From: Thermoplasmata archaeon UBA61
GTDB taxonomy: Archaea; Thermoplasmatota; Thermoplasmata; Lutacidiplasmatales; UBA184
DNA: 64,000 nucleotides
Assembly: GCA_002503985.1 (NCBI GenBank)
Contig: DASW01000006.1
Span: forward strand, 30,080 to 94,079
Direction: 5' to 3'
The position numbers were made by a program, and so were the translations under genes. The notes under the pieces are model-generated. The model was not told where the DNA came from, did no database searches, and worked only from the letters and a program-made list of their open reading frames with translations. This document shows positions 1 to 10,143 of the stretch, piece after piece (positions within the stretch are counted from its first letter, which is position 1; the number at the start of each line of letters is the position of its first letter).

Positions 1-190
1 GAGGGCACCGACCGGCGCGCTCCTTGAGGAAGGTCGTCGCGAACTTCACCGCCTGGTCCCGGTCGGACTCGTGAGAGAGCAGGAACCCCCGCGCGAGCTC
101 CGTCAAGACCGCCCGCGTCGGCACGACTTCTTCGATCTGGTGGACCTCTTCGTCGAACGATCCGGGAGTCTCTTCGTTCGACGGGGCCAT
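1..190 (-). CDS. hypothetical protein, 5' part (runs off window start)
   Basis: ATG at 190-188, open frame MAPSNEETPGSFDEEVHQIEEVVPTRAVLTELARGFLL... to the window edge; divergent from the 308 gene. Confidence 0.55.
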   Translation of the reverse strand, partial: MAPSNEETPGSFDEEVHQIEEVVPTRAVLTELARGFLLSHESDRDQAVKFATTFLKERAGRCP

Positions 191-307
191 TTTGATGGAG
201 CGACCCGAGAGCGCGGCATAAAAGCAGACGGTCCAAGGGAAGGCGGAAGGTCAAACTGGGGAACCGTGGATTTTTTACCCTCCCGCTGACCTCGGTCCCA
301 CGAGACC

Positions 308-1699
308 ATGAGCGAGAGCACTCCCTCCTACGTTCCGCCCTCCGCGGTACCGTCGTCCGGTAAGCCGAAGCGCGGGGTCGTGCTGAAAACGCCGATCCCG
401 GGCCCGAAGGCCCAGAAGATCATCGCCCGCGACGAACGCTTCCTGATGACCAGTACGAAGACGTCACCGATCGTCGCCGCTTCCGGGGACGGGTGCTGGA
501 TCACCGACGTCGACGGGAACCGCCTCCTCGACTTCGCCTCGGGCGTGGCCGTCCAGGCGGTCGGGTACTCGCATCCCGACGTCGTCCGCGCCGTCCGCGA
601 ACAGGTCGGCAAGCTGACCCACTTCGCGGGGACGGACTTCTACTACGAGAACCAGACCCTCCTCGCCCAGAAACTGGTCCAGATCACCCCGGGGAACTAC
701 GAGAAGAAGGTGTTCTTCACCAACAGCGGCACCGAGAGCGCGGAGGCCGCGCTCAAGATGGTCCGCTGGAACCGACAGAAGCCGATCGTCATCGGCCTCA
801 TCGGCGCGTTCCACGGGCGGACGATGGGGTCGCTCACGATGACCACCTCGAAACCGGTCCAGCGCGCCCGGTTCGGGGCGTACGTCGGCGGCGGCCACCA
901 CATCCCCCCACCGAACTGCTACCGCTGCCCGTACAAGCTCGAGTACCCGAGCTGCGACCTCTACTGCGCGAAGATCCTCAAGGAGCTCTACTTCCAGACG
1001 TCGATCCCGCCTGAGGACGTCGCCGCGTTCCTCGCGGAGCCCGTCATGGGCGAGGGAGGCTACATCGTGCCGCCGAAGGGCTGGCACGCCGCCCTGAAGG
1101 CGATCCTGGACGAGTACAAGATCCTCCTCATCGACGACGAGGTCCAGGCCGGCATGGGACGCACGGGAAAGTGGTTCGCGATCGAGCACCACGGCGTCAC
1201 CCCGGACATCACGACGATGGCGAAGGCGCTCGGCGGGGGTCTGCCGCTCGGCGCGATCGCGTTCCGCAAGGAGCTCGATTTCACGACCCCGGGCTCGCAC
1301 TCGAACACCTTTGGTGGGAACCTCGCGGCGGTCGCGGCAGCCCAGGCCACGATCGAAGTGATCGAGAAGGAGCACCTCCTCGACAACGCACGCGACATGG
1401 GGAACTACCTGCTCTCCCGCCTCCGGGAGCTCCAGTCGAAGTTCTCCGAGGTCGGCGACGTCCGAGGCCTCGGGCTCATGACGGCCACCGAGTTCGTCAA
1501 GGACCGGAAGACGAAGGAGCCCGCCGTGGCGTTCCGCGACCGCGTCCTCGAGGAGGCGTACAAGCACGGCCTCATCCTCTTGCCGTGCGGCAAGTCCTCG
1601 ATCCGCTACATCCCGCCCCTCATCGTTCGCCGCGAGGAGATCGACGAGGCGGTGGAGATCCTCGAGGCGGCCCTCCGGACGGCGCACACCGCGGCATGA
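308..1699 (+). CDS. class III PLP aminotransferase (4-aminobutyrate/acetylornithine aminotransferase family)
   Basis: Motifs DVDGN, NSGTES, FHGRT, EPVMGEGG, DEVQAGMGRTG, MAKALGGG. Confidence 0.92.
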   Translation: MSESTPSYVPPSAVPSSGKPKRGVVLKTPIPGPKAQKIIARDERFLMTSTKTSPIVAASGDGCWITDVDGNRLLDFASGVAVQAVGYSHPDVVRAVREQVGKLTHFAGTDFYYENQTLLAQKLVQITPGNYEKKVFFTNSGTESAEAALKMVRWNRQKPIVIGLIGAFHGRTMGSLTMTTSKPVQRARFGAYVGGGHHIPPPNCYRCPYKLEYPSCDLYCAKILKELYFQTSIPPEDVAAFLAEPVMGEGGYIVPPKGWHAALKAILDEYKILLIDDEVQAGMGRTGKWFAIEHHGVTPDITTMAKALGGGLPLGAIAFRKELDFTTPGSHSNTFGGNLAAVAAAQATIEVIEKEHLLDNARDMGNYLLSRLRELQSKFSEVGDVRGLGLMTATEFVKDRKTKEPAVAFRDRVLEEAYKHGLILLPCGKSSIRYIPPLIVRREEIDEAVEILEAALRTAHTAA

Positions 1700-2739
1700 G
1701 GTTCGGTCGGCTCGCGGGCCCGGGGACCGTCGTCGTCGAAGAGCGGCCCGAGCCGACGCCGGGCCCGGGCGAGGTCACGGTCACGCTCGCCGCGTGCGGG
1801 GTCTGCGGTACCGACCTTGAGAAGCTGCGGGGGAACTACCGCACCGCCGGCGTCATCGGGCACGAACCGGTCGGCCGGGTCGCGAAGGTGGGGGACGGCG
1901 TCTCCGACCTCTCGGTCGGGGACCGCGTCTTCGTCCACCACCACGTCCCGTGCTACTCGTGCGAGGTGTGCGCTCGGGGCGACTACACGTTCTGCCCCAC
2001 GTACTCGAAGACCAACATCGACCCGGGCGGGTTCGCGGACACGTTCCGGGTCCCGCGCGAGAACGTCGAGCGGAAGGCGGTCCTCAAGCTGGACCCCAAG
2101 GTCGACTGGGACTCGGGCGCTCTCCTCGAGCCGGCCGGGTGCGCCTTCACGGCGATCCGGAAGGTCGCGATGCCCGAGCGGGCGACCGTCTTCATCCTGG
2201 GTCTAGGACCCGTCGGTCTGCTCTATGCCCGTCTGGTCCGGGCGCTCGGAGCGTCGTGGGTGGGCGGGACCGAGGTCTCGCCGCTTCGACGCGCCGCGGC
2301 GGAGCGAGGAGGCATCGACGTGACCCTGGACCCGAGGGATCCAGCGAGCGTCCGGGCGGCGGTCGACTCCGCCACGAAGGGACGCGGCGTCGACCTAGCG
2401 GTCGTGGCGACCGGCCACCCTTCGGTCGCGAAGTCCGCGACCGAGCTCGTGCGGCGCGGTGGCACGGTGAACTTCTTCGGCCTCCCCGAAGCCGGGAGCC
2501 GCCTGGACGCGGACCTCCAGGACCTCTATCTTCGCGGGGTCCGCCTGATCCCATCGTACGCGACCACCGAGCCCGACCTCGCGGAAGTGCACCGGCTCGT
2601 GGCGCACGGGGAGCTCTCGATCGCCGACCTCGTGACCCACCGCGTGCCGCTCGCGCGGGTCGCCGAGGCGTTCCGCCTCGCGGGCCGACCGGACGAAGCC
2701 GTGAAAGTGACCGTCACCGGGGCCGCGTCGGCTGAGTAG
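1696..2739 (+). CDS. zinc-dependent alcohol/polyol dehydrogenase (MDR family)
   Basis: ATGA overlap with the upstream stop; CGTD, GHE, C-x2-C-x2-C-x7-C structural Zn site, GLGPVG. Confidence 0.9.
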   Translation: MRFGRLAGPGTVVVEERPEPTPGPGEVTVTLAACGVCGTDLEKLRGNYRTAGVIGHEPVGRVAKVGDGVSDLSVGDRVFVHHHVPCYSCEVCARGDYTFCPTYSKTNIDPGGFADTFRVPRENVERKAVLKLDPKVDWDSGALLEPAGCAFTAIRKVAMPERATVFILGLGPVGLLYARLVRALGASWVGGTEVSPLRRAAAERGGIDVTLDPRDPASVRAAVDSATKGRGVDLAVVATGHPSVAKSATELVRRGGTVNFFGLPEAGSRLDADLQDLYLRGVRLIPSYATTEPDLAEVHRLVAHGELSIADLVTHRVPLARVAEAFRLAGRPDEAVKVTVTGAASAE

Positions 2740-2751
2740 GGGTCGGGCGGT

Positions 2752-3726
2752 TCAGGCCTCGACTCCCTCGCCGAGCACCTGGCCGACCAGGCTGTGGCCC
2801 GAGCGGACCCGAACTTTCGGTCCGAGGACGCTCGCTCGGACGCTCGCGTCCTTCTCGACCACGACGCCTTCCATCAGGATCGAGTTCTCGACATGCGCCC
2901 CGGCCTCCACGGTCGCCCCCGGGCCGAGCGTGACGTAGGGACCGAACGACGCGCCGCTCGCGCGGGCCCCCGTCATGAGGGCAACAGGCCCCTTCCCGAA
3001 CGTACCGCTCGGAAGCGCTCCCTTCCCGCCGCGGCCATCGTCGAAGAGGAGACGCTGCGACCGGAGAAGACGCTCCGGGGTCCCGGCGTCGTCGAAGTAC
3101 CCCGACATCCGGAACCCATACACCCGTCGGTCGAGCAGTCCCGGCACGATCTCCCGCTCGAAGCTCACGGCCCGACCGCTCGGGACGGCGTCGAGCACCT
3201 CGCGGTTCCAGATGGCGAACCCCGCATTGATCCAACGGGAAGGGGCGTCCGCGAGCTCGGGCTTCTCCACGAACGCGAGGATCCGGTCGTCGGCGTCCAG
3301 CGCCGCGACCCCGTACGGTCGGGGGTCCTCGACCTCGGAAAGGCCCATCGTACCGATCCCCCCGTGGGCCGCGTGCTGCTTCGCCATCTCGAGGAAGTCG
3401 ACCCGGGCGATGACGTCCGAGTTGAGGAGGAAGAACGGGTCGCTCATCCCATCGCCCGCGTTCTTCATCCCTCCCCCGGTCCCGAGCGGCGTCGCTTCGG
3501 GAACCGTCCGGAGGGGCAACCGGGCCGGATGCGCGCGGACGTACGCGTCGATCATCCCGGCCTTGTAGCCGGTCGCGAGAACGACCTCCTCGACGTCGTT
3601 CGGCAGGAGGTCGAGCACATGGTAGAGCATCGGCTTGCCGGCGAGCGGGATGAGCTGCTTCGGGAGACTGTACGTGATCGGACGGAGTCGGGTTCCGAAC
3701 CCGCCGATCAGCATCAGCGCCTTCAT
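2752..3726 (-). CDS. NDP-sugar pyrophosphorylase (mannose-1-phosphate guanylyltransferase-like)
   Basis: GGFGTRLRPIT...PK, PLGTGG, FVEKP, C-terminal hexapeptide repeats. Confidence 0.9.
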   Translation of the reverse strand: MKALMLIGGFGTRLRPITYSLPKQLIPLAGKPMLYHVLDLLPNDVEEVVLATGYKAGMIDAYVRAHPARLPLRTVPEATPLGTGGGMKNAGDGMSDPFFLLNSDVIARVDFLEMAKQHAAHGGIGTMGLSEVEDPRPYGVAALDADDRILAFVEKPELADAPSRWINAGFAIWNREVLDAVPSGRAVSFEREIVPGLLDRRVYGFRMSGYFDDAGTPERLLRSQRLLFDDGRGGKGALPSGTFGKGPVALMTGARASGASFGPYVTLGPGATVEAGAHVENSILMEGVVVEKDASVRASVLGPKVRVRSGHSLVGQVLGEGVEA

Positions 3727-3895
3727 CGCGGAGGGGCAAGGCGACCGACCTGACTAATCCCCTTCGGGTTCCCTCCCAGCGCCGGACCGGCCCGGCCTCT
3801 GGGGGGCCTGCGACCATCACCTACCGAGAGGCCTATCAGCCCCACGACACGCCCCAGCGAACCGATATCAACCCGCTTCGCCTGCGGTCCGGACG

Positions 3896-4351
3896 ATGGT
3901 ATTCCGGTCGGTTCTGGTGGCGGACGACATGCTCGACGCCTCCCAGGCAGCGCTGGACGAAGCGGTGAACCTGGCCAAGCTCGCGCGGGCGAAGCTGACG
4001 ATCGTGACCGTCGTCTCGGTGGTCTCTCCCTCGTTCGGAGTTCCGGTCCCGATCGGCGACTCGTTCGCCGCGCTGCTCGAGTCCGCGACGAAGCGGCTCG
4101 GGGCCCTCAAGGCCCGGTTGCTCACGGAGGGGCTCAGCGAGGTGGACACCGCCCTCCTCGAGGGGAACCCGGTCGACCGGGTGGTGGAGTTCGCCGAGAA
4201 GCTTCACCCGGACGTCATCGTCGTCGGCTCGCGCGGTTTGTCAACGGCCGGTCGGTTCCTCCTCGGGAGCGTCTCCGACGGCATCCTTCACCACGTGCAC
4301 TGCTCGGTGCTCGTCGTGAAAGTCCACGCCGCTCCGAAGGCCCCGTCCTAG
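3896..4351 (+). CDS. universal stress protein (UspA family)
   Basis: IVVGSRG...LLGSVS...CSVLVV signature. Confidence 0.92.
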   Translation: MVFRSVLVADDMLDASQAALDEAVNLAKLARAKLTIVTVVSVVSPSFGVPVPIGDSFAALLESATKRLGALKARLLTEGLSEVDTALLEGNPVDRVVEFAEKLHPDVIVVGSRGLSTAGRFLLGSVSDGILHHVHCSVLVVKVHAAPKAPS

Positions 4352-4400
4352 ACCCAAAACCCGCCCGCGCTCGCCTCAAGGGCGGGACGCCGGCCGGGAT

Positions 4401-5105
4401 TCAGTGGGATCTCGACCGACGCTTGCGAACTTGCGACGCGTGCCACGCCACGAGCTTGCGGGCGTTCGCTTCCTCAAGGTCCACCAATCGCTCCAACTCG
4501 ACGATCGGCCGACGGTGCTGGTCGACCCGAAGGTTGAGCCACTGGTCCCCCCAGGCGCGTTCAAACCACGGTCGTCGGTGAACCACGATCAGGGCGGCGG
4601 ACTCCATCCCGCGACGGTCTCCCCCTTCCGCGGCACCGGCCCGAAGGGTCGCGAGCATCCGCCGAGCGAGCGAGCCGCGGGTTGATTCGAACGCGGCGGC
4701 CATCGCGGGAACGACCTCGTCCGCCGCGAGGAGGTTGCCCTGGCAGGAGAACCCCTCGCCCACGATATGGCTCGCGCTGGCAAGACACTTCTTCCCCGTC
4801 CAGGCGGCGGCGCGGCCCCGGCGGTCGACGACGCCGAGCTGTCGGTGCTCTCGCTGGGAGTCCTCGCGGGTCAGTCGGTCGACGACCTCGGTGGCGGTAG
4901 CGCCCTTCCTCAGGAGGGCGAGCCCGCTCGGACCGTACTGGTAGTTCGACATGGCCTGCGTCGCGATGGCGCCGACCCGCCATTCGGCCCAAGGCACGAC
5001 GGCGCCTACTGCGAGCGGCTTGGTGGAAACGGCCGCTCCCCAGTAGACCCGCTCGGGGTCGCACGCGACGATCGAGAACGTCCCCCACGAACGTTGGCCG
5101 TACAT
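4401..5105 (-). CDS. DUF1028 family Ntn-hydrolase-like protein
   Basis: TFSIVA, AVGAVVP, GAIATQA, QGNLL, GGDRRG, LRVDQH. Confidence 0.85.
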   Translation of the reverse strand: MYGQRSWGTFSIVACDPERVYWGAAVSTKPLAVGAVVPWAEWRVGAIATQAMSNYQYGPSGLALLRKGATATEVVDRLTREDSQREHRQLGVVDRRGRAAAWTGKKCLASASHIVGEGFSCQGNLLAADEVVPAMAAAFESTRGSLARRMLATLRAGAAEGGDRRGMESAALIVVHRRPWFERAWGDQWLNLRVDQHRRPIVELERLVDLEEANARKLVAWHASQVRKRRSRSH

Positions 5106-5159
5106 GGTCGGGGCAGGCCGAGGTGGCTCATGTAGCGAGCGGTGGGAGGACGGATTTCC

Positions 5160-5678
5160 TCAGCCCTCGAACGGAGCCCCGCACGTCGTGCACCGGGTCG
5201 CGGGGGGAGGGCTCTGCTTTCCGCAGTAGTCGCAGTGAAGGTTGGCCGGCACCCCGCCTCTTCCCGCTCCCATCGCCCCTGGGGGAGGAGGCGGCGCCGA
5301 AGCCCGGGCCTGGCGGATCGCCGGTGCCCAGGCATCGGCCTCGCTCGTCCGAAGCAGGAAGCTGCGTTGAAGGAGCTGAACGCCGAGGTCGTTGCCCGAA
5401 GGGCCCGGGATCGCGGCGGCCCCACGGCAACGCCAGAGCGCGATCCGCAGGGTTCCGGGCACCAGGACCGGCGGACCCGCTCCTCGCTGCGCGGCCCAAG
5501 CCCGTCGACGCATCGGGCCGCCCCCCATCCCGGCGCCGGGCGGACGCGGCGGCACCGGTCCGTCGAAGATGAGCGCGTGGTTCGTGAGCGTGAGGACCCC
5601 TGCGCGCTCGCCCTCGCGGCCGACCCAGCGCACTGGTCCGGTCTTGAGCACGGTCTCCCCCGGTTCGAGCTCGACCAT
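5160..5678 (-). CDS. hypothetical protein: PH-like domain, polyproline, C-terminal zinc ribbon
   Basis: LEPGETVL...GVLTLTNHALIF...SEADAW (PH-like); PPPPP; CDYCG...CTTCG. Confidence 0.7.
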   Translation of the reverse strand: MVELEPGETVLKTGPVRWVGREGERAGVLTLTNHALIFDGPVPPRPPGAGMGGGPMRRRAWAAQRGAGPPVLVPGTLRIALWRCRGAAAIPGPSGNDLGVQLLQRSFLLRTSEADAWAPAIRQARASAPPPPPGAMGAGRGGVPANLHCDYCGKQSPPPATRCTTCGAPFEG

Positions 5679-5776
5679 GGGCTAGATGTTCTGAGCGAGG
5701 TCGTGGGTAAGAATCTAGCTCCCGAGGATCCCCGCGGCCATCGACACAAGACTGTCCCGCGCGGCTGGGGACCGGT

Positions 5777-6178
5777 TCACCCTTCGAGGTAGCGACGGAG
5801 CGGTGTCCAGTAGTACTGCTTCCAGCCCTCGCGGATGTCGACGAAGTCGGAGGCAGGGATCCCGAACTGCTCGAACGTGATGCGCGTTCCTCCCCGAACC
5901 TTGTCGAGGCCGAACTGGGCGATCGAGTAGTGGCCCTTCGGCCATCCTTCCGAACGCCAGGCGAGCACGAGACGGTGCCCACGCTCGGCGGCGACCACGA
6001 CACCGGTCAGGGAACGGTCGTAGAGCGAGAACGCGCTCCCGACCCGACTCGAGATCTTCGCCGCGCCCCCGGTGAACGTGGCGTGTTGGACCGGGTCCAC
6101 CAGGGCATCGTAGACCGCGTTCGGGGTCGCCTTGATCGTCGTGGTCTGCCGTAGGTTCCGTACCGCCATCGTTTCCAC
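5777..6178 (-). CDS. SRPBCC/AHA1 domain protein
   Basis: VYDALVD...LVLAWR...GTRITFEQ...GWKQYYW pattern; start may be the ATG near 6169. Confidence 0.85.
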   Translation of the reverse strand: METMAVRNLRQTTTIKATPNAVYDALVDPVQHATFTGGAAKISSRVGSAFSLYDRSLTGVVVAAERGHRLVLAWRSEGWPKGHYSIAQFGLDKVRGGTRITFEQFGIPASDFVDIREGWKQYYWTPLRRYLEG

Positions 6179-6270
6179 CTTTGGTTCGCGTCTGGGCCGG
6201 TCCGTTCGATGCCCTTCCGGGCGCTCGAGGAACTCGGCTCGACCGGTGCGGGGGGGTAGTCGGCCCCTTT

Positions 6271-7671
6271 CTAAGGTTTCCTGGGAGCGAACCGGGCCAT
6301 GAAGTGGGGCAACCGCTCCGGTCGGTAGGTCATCGTGAGGCCCCTAATCGTCGCCCGACGCTCGTAGACCCGTCCCACCACGTCGCCGACGAACGCCAGA
6401 TGGCTCGCCGAGTAGACGCGACGGGGGATCGCCAGCCGGACGAGCTCGAGCGGCCTCTGCTTCTGCGACCCCTCGGGGAACATGATCGCGCCCACCTCTA
6501 CGGTGCGGACGCCGCCCTCCCGGTAGAGTTCCACGGCGAGGGCCTGCCCGGGGAGGTCATCGTCCCCGAGATGCGGAAGGAACCGGTCCACGTCGAGGTA
6601 GATAGCGTGGCCTCCCACCGGATGCAGGAACGGAACGCCGCGCTGGTCCAATAGGGCCCCAAGGTAGCGAACCTGGCCGATCCGGTGCTCGAGATACTCT
6701 AGGTCCATCCCCTCCTCGAGCCCGACCGTCATCGCCTCGAGGTCCCGCCGGGCGAGGCCACCGTACGTCGGGAACCCCTCGAAGAGAATGAGCGCCTCCT
6801 TGAGCCGATCGGCGAGCGTCGCGTCGCGGACCGCGACGAACCCCCCGATGTTCACGAGGCCGTCCTTCTTTGCGCTCATCGTCGCCCCGTCCGCGAGGTC
6901 GAAGAACGCGCGGCCGATCTCCGCGATCGTCCGCGATCCCATTCCGGGTTCGCGCTCCCGAACGAAGTAGGCATTCTCGGCCCACCGGCACATGTCGAGG
7001 TAGACCGGGACGCCGTGGGCGTGGGCCACCCGGGCTACCTCGGTGAAGTTCGCCAGCGAGACCGGCTGGCCGCCGCCGGTGTTGTTCGTGATCGTCACCA
7101 TGACGAGCGGGACCCGTTCCTTTCCTTCGACCGTCAGGAGGCGGTCGAGCGCCGCGGTGTCGACGTTCCCCTTGAACGGGAAGTCGCTCACGGCGTCGTA
7201 CGCTTCCGCCACGGCGAGGTTGACCGGCGTGCCGCCGGCGTGCACGACGTGCGCCTGGGTCGTGTCAAAATGCATGTTGTTCGGGACGATGTGACCCGGG
7301 TGGCACAGGGTCGAGAACAGGAGGTGCTCCGCAGCGCGCCCCTGGTGAGCGGGGACGATGTGAGGGAATCCGGTGATCTCGTGGACCTTCGCTTCGAAGT
7401 GGGCAAAGTTCCGGCTCCCCGCGTACGTCTCGTCGCCCACCATCATCGCGGCCCACTGCCGGTCGCTCATCGCGCCGGTCCCCGAGTCGGTCAGGAGGTC
7501 GATCCGCACCTCGTCCGACCGGAGGTTGAAAAGATTGAACCCGGCGCGCTCGAGGGCTGCCTCACGTTGGCGGCGGGTCGGGTTGGGCAGCCGCTCGACG
7601 ACCTTCGTCTTGAACGGCTCGAACGGCAACGCCACGTCCCGAGAGGGCATGTAGGATTGGACCGGACCCAT
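6271..7671 (-). CDS. tnaA: tryptophanase (beta-eliminating lyase)
   Basis: IDLLTDSGT, HQGRAAE, HFDTT, MSAKKDG, EGFPTYGG, RLAIPRRVY; EVG and HF (rather than TPL-type ERG and FF) favour TnaA. Confidence 0.85.
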   Translation of the reverse strand: MGPVQSYMPSRDVALPFEPFKTKVVERLPNPTRRQREAALERAGFNLFNLRSDEVRIDLLTDSGTGAMSDRQWAAMMVGDETYAGSRNFAHFEAKVHEITGFPHIVPAHQGRAAEHLLFSTLCHPGHIVPNNMHFDTTQAHVVHAGGTPVNLAVAEAYDAVSDFPFKGNVDTAALDRLLTVEGKERVPLVMVTITNNTGGGQPVSLANFTEVARVAHAHGVPVYLDMCRWAENAYFVREREPGMGSRTIAEIGRAFFDLADGATMSAKKDGLVNIGGFVAVRDATLADRLKEALILFEGFPTYGGLARRDLEAMTVGLEEGMDLEYLEHRIGQVRYLGALLDQRGVPFLHPVGGHAIYLDVDRFLPHLGDDDLPGQALAVELYREGGVRTVEVGAIMFPEGSQKQRPLELVRLAIPRRVYSASHLAFVGDVVGRVYERRATIRGLTMTYRPERLPHFMARFAPRKP

Positions 7672-7795
7672 CTATTTGAGGCCGTGCGGACCGGTGGACG
7701 TGAGCCGAGCATGCCTCGACCGGCCCCCCTTTGCTTCTGGTGGGCACCGAACGGGGTTGAACGATGTCGTACGAGATTCTTAAGAGGGAGCGCCG

Positions 7796-8482
7796 ATGGG
7801 GGCGAGGAGTTCCATGGGCGCACCAATCGCGTACTCAATGCCGCCACCAATGGCCGCCGAGCCACCGGAAGTGCAGTCGATCAAGTCGATGCTGCACCTC
7901 GCGAAGCTGCTGGCCATCATCGTCGGGATTCTCTTCCTGCTCGGCGGTATCGCGTACGCGGCGTTCCTAGCCTTCGCCTCAACCGTCTGTTCCGGATACG
8001 ATGCGTACTGCGGAGGCGCCGTTATCGGGGCCCTCATCGGCGCCATCTGGATCGTGATCGGGGGCGTCGTCGCGATCATCGTCTACATGCAGATGAACTC
8101 GATCGAGGCGAAGGTCAACGACCACCAGTACGAGGCGGCGAAGTCGCAGACCCTGATCTGGATGGTCCTCGGGTTCATCTTCGGCATCCTGCTCGGCATC
8201 ATCCTGCTGATCGCGTGGCTCAAGTTCGACCCGGTGATCGCCTGGCAGCGAAACCAGGGCGGTGCCCCACCGGCCGGCTACACGCAGTACGCCACTCCGG
8301 TCTATGCCGCTCCTCCCGCGGCGGCCCCCGTGTATGCCGCCCCGGTAGCGCCACCCCCCGCTCCGCCGGCAGCTCCTCCGGCCGCGCCGGCGGCGCCGTT
8401 CTGCGTAAAGTGTGGCAAGCCGACCACGTACATCGCGCAGTACGGCCGGTACTACTGCTACGCGGACAACCTGTACGTGTAG
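7796..8482 (+). CDS. membrane protein with Pro/Ala-rich linker and C-terminal zinc ribbon
   Basis: 3-4 hydrophobic segments; AAPP repeats; CVKCG...YYCYAD. Confidence 0.75.
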   Translation: MGARSSMGAPIAYSMPPPMAAEPPEVQSIKSMLHLAKLLAIIVGILFLLGGIAYAAFLAFASTVCSGYDAYCGGAVIGALIGAIWIVIGGVVAIIVYMQMNSIEAKVNDHQYEAAKSQTLIWMVLGFIFGILLGIILLIAWLKFDPVIAWQRNQGGAPPAGYTQYATPVYAAPPAAAPVYAAPVAPPPAPPAAPPAAPAAPFCVKCGKPTTYIAQYGRYYCYADNLYV

Positions 8483-8597
8483 GGTCGTCCCCGCAAGGGG
8501 ACAGGTCAGCGCCGCCCCGACCTGAGGGCGCCGTCACGGTACGGCGGCGCGGGCCACCTACCTTCGGCTCCCCACGACTCCCGTGAGGCGGGTGCCG

Positions 8598-9398
8598 TCA
8601 CGACCGGGTGAGTTCCTTTTGGAGCTCCACGAAGAACGAGTCCCGGGCGTACCGTTCCCACCACGGCTCGTGACCGCATCGCTCGAGAACGATCACGCGT
8701 GGGTCCACGCCGGCCCGACGAAGGGGTTCCACCACCCCCTGGAGGGGGTGAGGGTCCGCCGTGCCATGGAGCACGACGATCGGAGCCTTGACATGCCGGA
8801 GCGCGCGGACCAATGCCCCGGACTTCCGCATCTCGTCCGCCTCTGTCCACACGGAGCGGAACGTGGCCGTGTCGGTCTCCGCCTCCGCCGGCGGATGGGG
8901 CAAGAGCTCGTACGAGTCCGCGATCTCCGCTAGCTCTCCCAAACGGCGCAGCGCGGAGGGAGGGGTCCGTGACAACGGGTCCGCGAGCCGGTGCTCGATC
9001 TCCACGAACTCCTGCCACTGGGACCGGGTGAGCCGTTTCCGTCGGTGACGATAGACCTCGGCCGCGTACCTTACCTGGAACGGGCCCGACCCGACCAAGA
9101 CGACCTGACGAACCTTCTCCGGGTGCTCGCCGGCAACGAGGAGCACGAGCCAAGCGCCCCAGGAATGGCCCACGAGCGCCACCGGTGGGGAGGCCCACGC
9201 ATCGATCTGGTCCGAGAGCTCCTGTACCTGGCCCGAGACCGTTCGAGCGGTCTGCCACGGTTCGAGCACGCCCAGGCGGGCGCCGAGCACCTGGGCCACG
9301 GGGGCCATCGACCCTGGAGCCCCGGGGCCTCCGTGGACCACCACCGTGGCGAACGGCGCTCGTCCGTAGCGTCGCGGAGCTTGGGGCTTCGACGTCAT
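8598..9398 (-). CDS. alpha/beta hydrolase
   Basis: HGGPG, GHSWG nucleophile elbow, HGTADPH, CGHEPW; ATG 9398 overlaps the upstream TGA. Confidence 0.88.
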   Translation of the reverse strand: MTSKPQAPRRYGRAPFATVVVHGGPGAPGSMAPVAQVLGARLGVLEPWQTARTVSGQVQELSDQIDAWASPPVALVGHSWGAWLVLLVAGEHPEKVRQVVLVGSGPFQVRYAAEVYRHRRKRLTRSQWQEFVEIEHRLADPLSRTPPSALRRLGELAEIADSYELLPHPPAEAETDTATFRSVWTEADEMRKSGALVRALRHVKAPIVVLHGTADPHPLQGVVEPLRRAGVDPRVIVLERCGHEPWWERYARDSFFVELQKELTRS

Positions 9399-9679
9399 GC
9401 CGGTCCCACGGGGGCCGGGGTGCCATGAAGCGCCGGCGCCCAACCGAGCCCTCGGAGGCGCTTGTCTACCTCCTCGAAGGCGTGGAGGTGGTGGCCGCAG
9501 AACTCGACCTCGCGGACCGCGGCGCCGTCCCGGTGGTTCCCGCGCTCCATCCCCCGGATGGTGCAGCGGAACTCCGCGGGCAGCGTGCAGGTCACGTCGA
9601 TGTCGGAAACCTCGTAGTGCGAGAAGTATCCGGCGGGGATCGAATGGCGGAAGGCCGTTCGGACATCACAGAGGCCCAT
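9395..9679 (-). CDS. small Cys/His-rich hypothetical protein (94 aa)
   Basis: MGLCDVR...TCTLPAEFRC...FCGHH; ATGA-coupled to the hydrolase. Confidence 0.55.
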   Translation of the reverse strand: MGLCDVRTAFRHSIPAGYFSHYEVSDIDVTCTLPAEFRCTIRGMERGNHRDGAAVREVEFCGHHLHAFEEVDKRLRGLGWAPALHGTPAPVGPA

Positions 9680-9848
9680 GGGGGTCGCCTTCCCTAGCGA
9701 ATACAAGGCTCCTGCGCTCAAGTCCCCGGCGGTTCGGAGAACTAGCCGGCGCTCCCCGCGGTAGCGCGTTGGCCTAGGGTCCGGCATGAGAACGACGGAC
9801 CGCGGGCGTTGGAGCGGCGTAGGGGTCTCAGAATTCGAAGGAAATGGT

Positions 9849-9880
9849 TCACCCGCCACTCCCGAAGGGGCGGCGGGTGG
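9849..9880 (-). terminator. GC hairpin, probable terminator of the 9895-10143 ORF
   Basis: CACCCGCC...GGCGGGTG inverted repeat followed on the minus strand by a pyrimidine-rich tract. Confidence 0.4.
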
Positions 9881-9894
9881 CGGCGCTTTCGCGC

Positions 9895-10143
9895 CTACGC
9901 GGTCGCTGTCGGCTCAGGGGCCGGGTCGGCTTCGTGCTCGGTCTTCCTCGGAGTGCCGAACGACCGCAGGTGACGGCCCCAGCGGACCCGGAGGCGCTCC
10001 TTGTGGGGCGCTCCCGAGACCACCGCGGCTACCCAACGGCAGTCCTCGCGCGGGAATTCGCGGGCGGCGAATTCCCGTACGCTAGCACTCCGGGGAAGGG
10101 AGCGCGCAGCGAAGTCGGCTCGTACGATCTGACCTGCCAGCAT
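9895..10143 (-). CDS. small hypothetical protein (82 aa)
   Basis: GGAGG upstream of ATG; downstream hairpin; no family recognised. Confidence 0.4.
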   Translation of the reverse strand: MLAGQIVRADFAARSLPRSASVREFAAREFPREDCRWVAAVVSGAPHKERLRVRWGRHLRSFGTPRKTEHEADPAPEPTATA

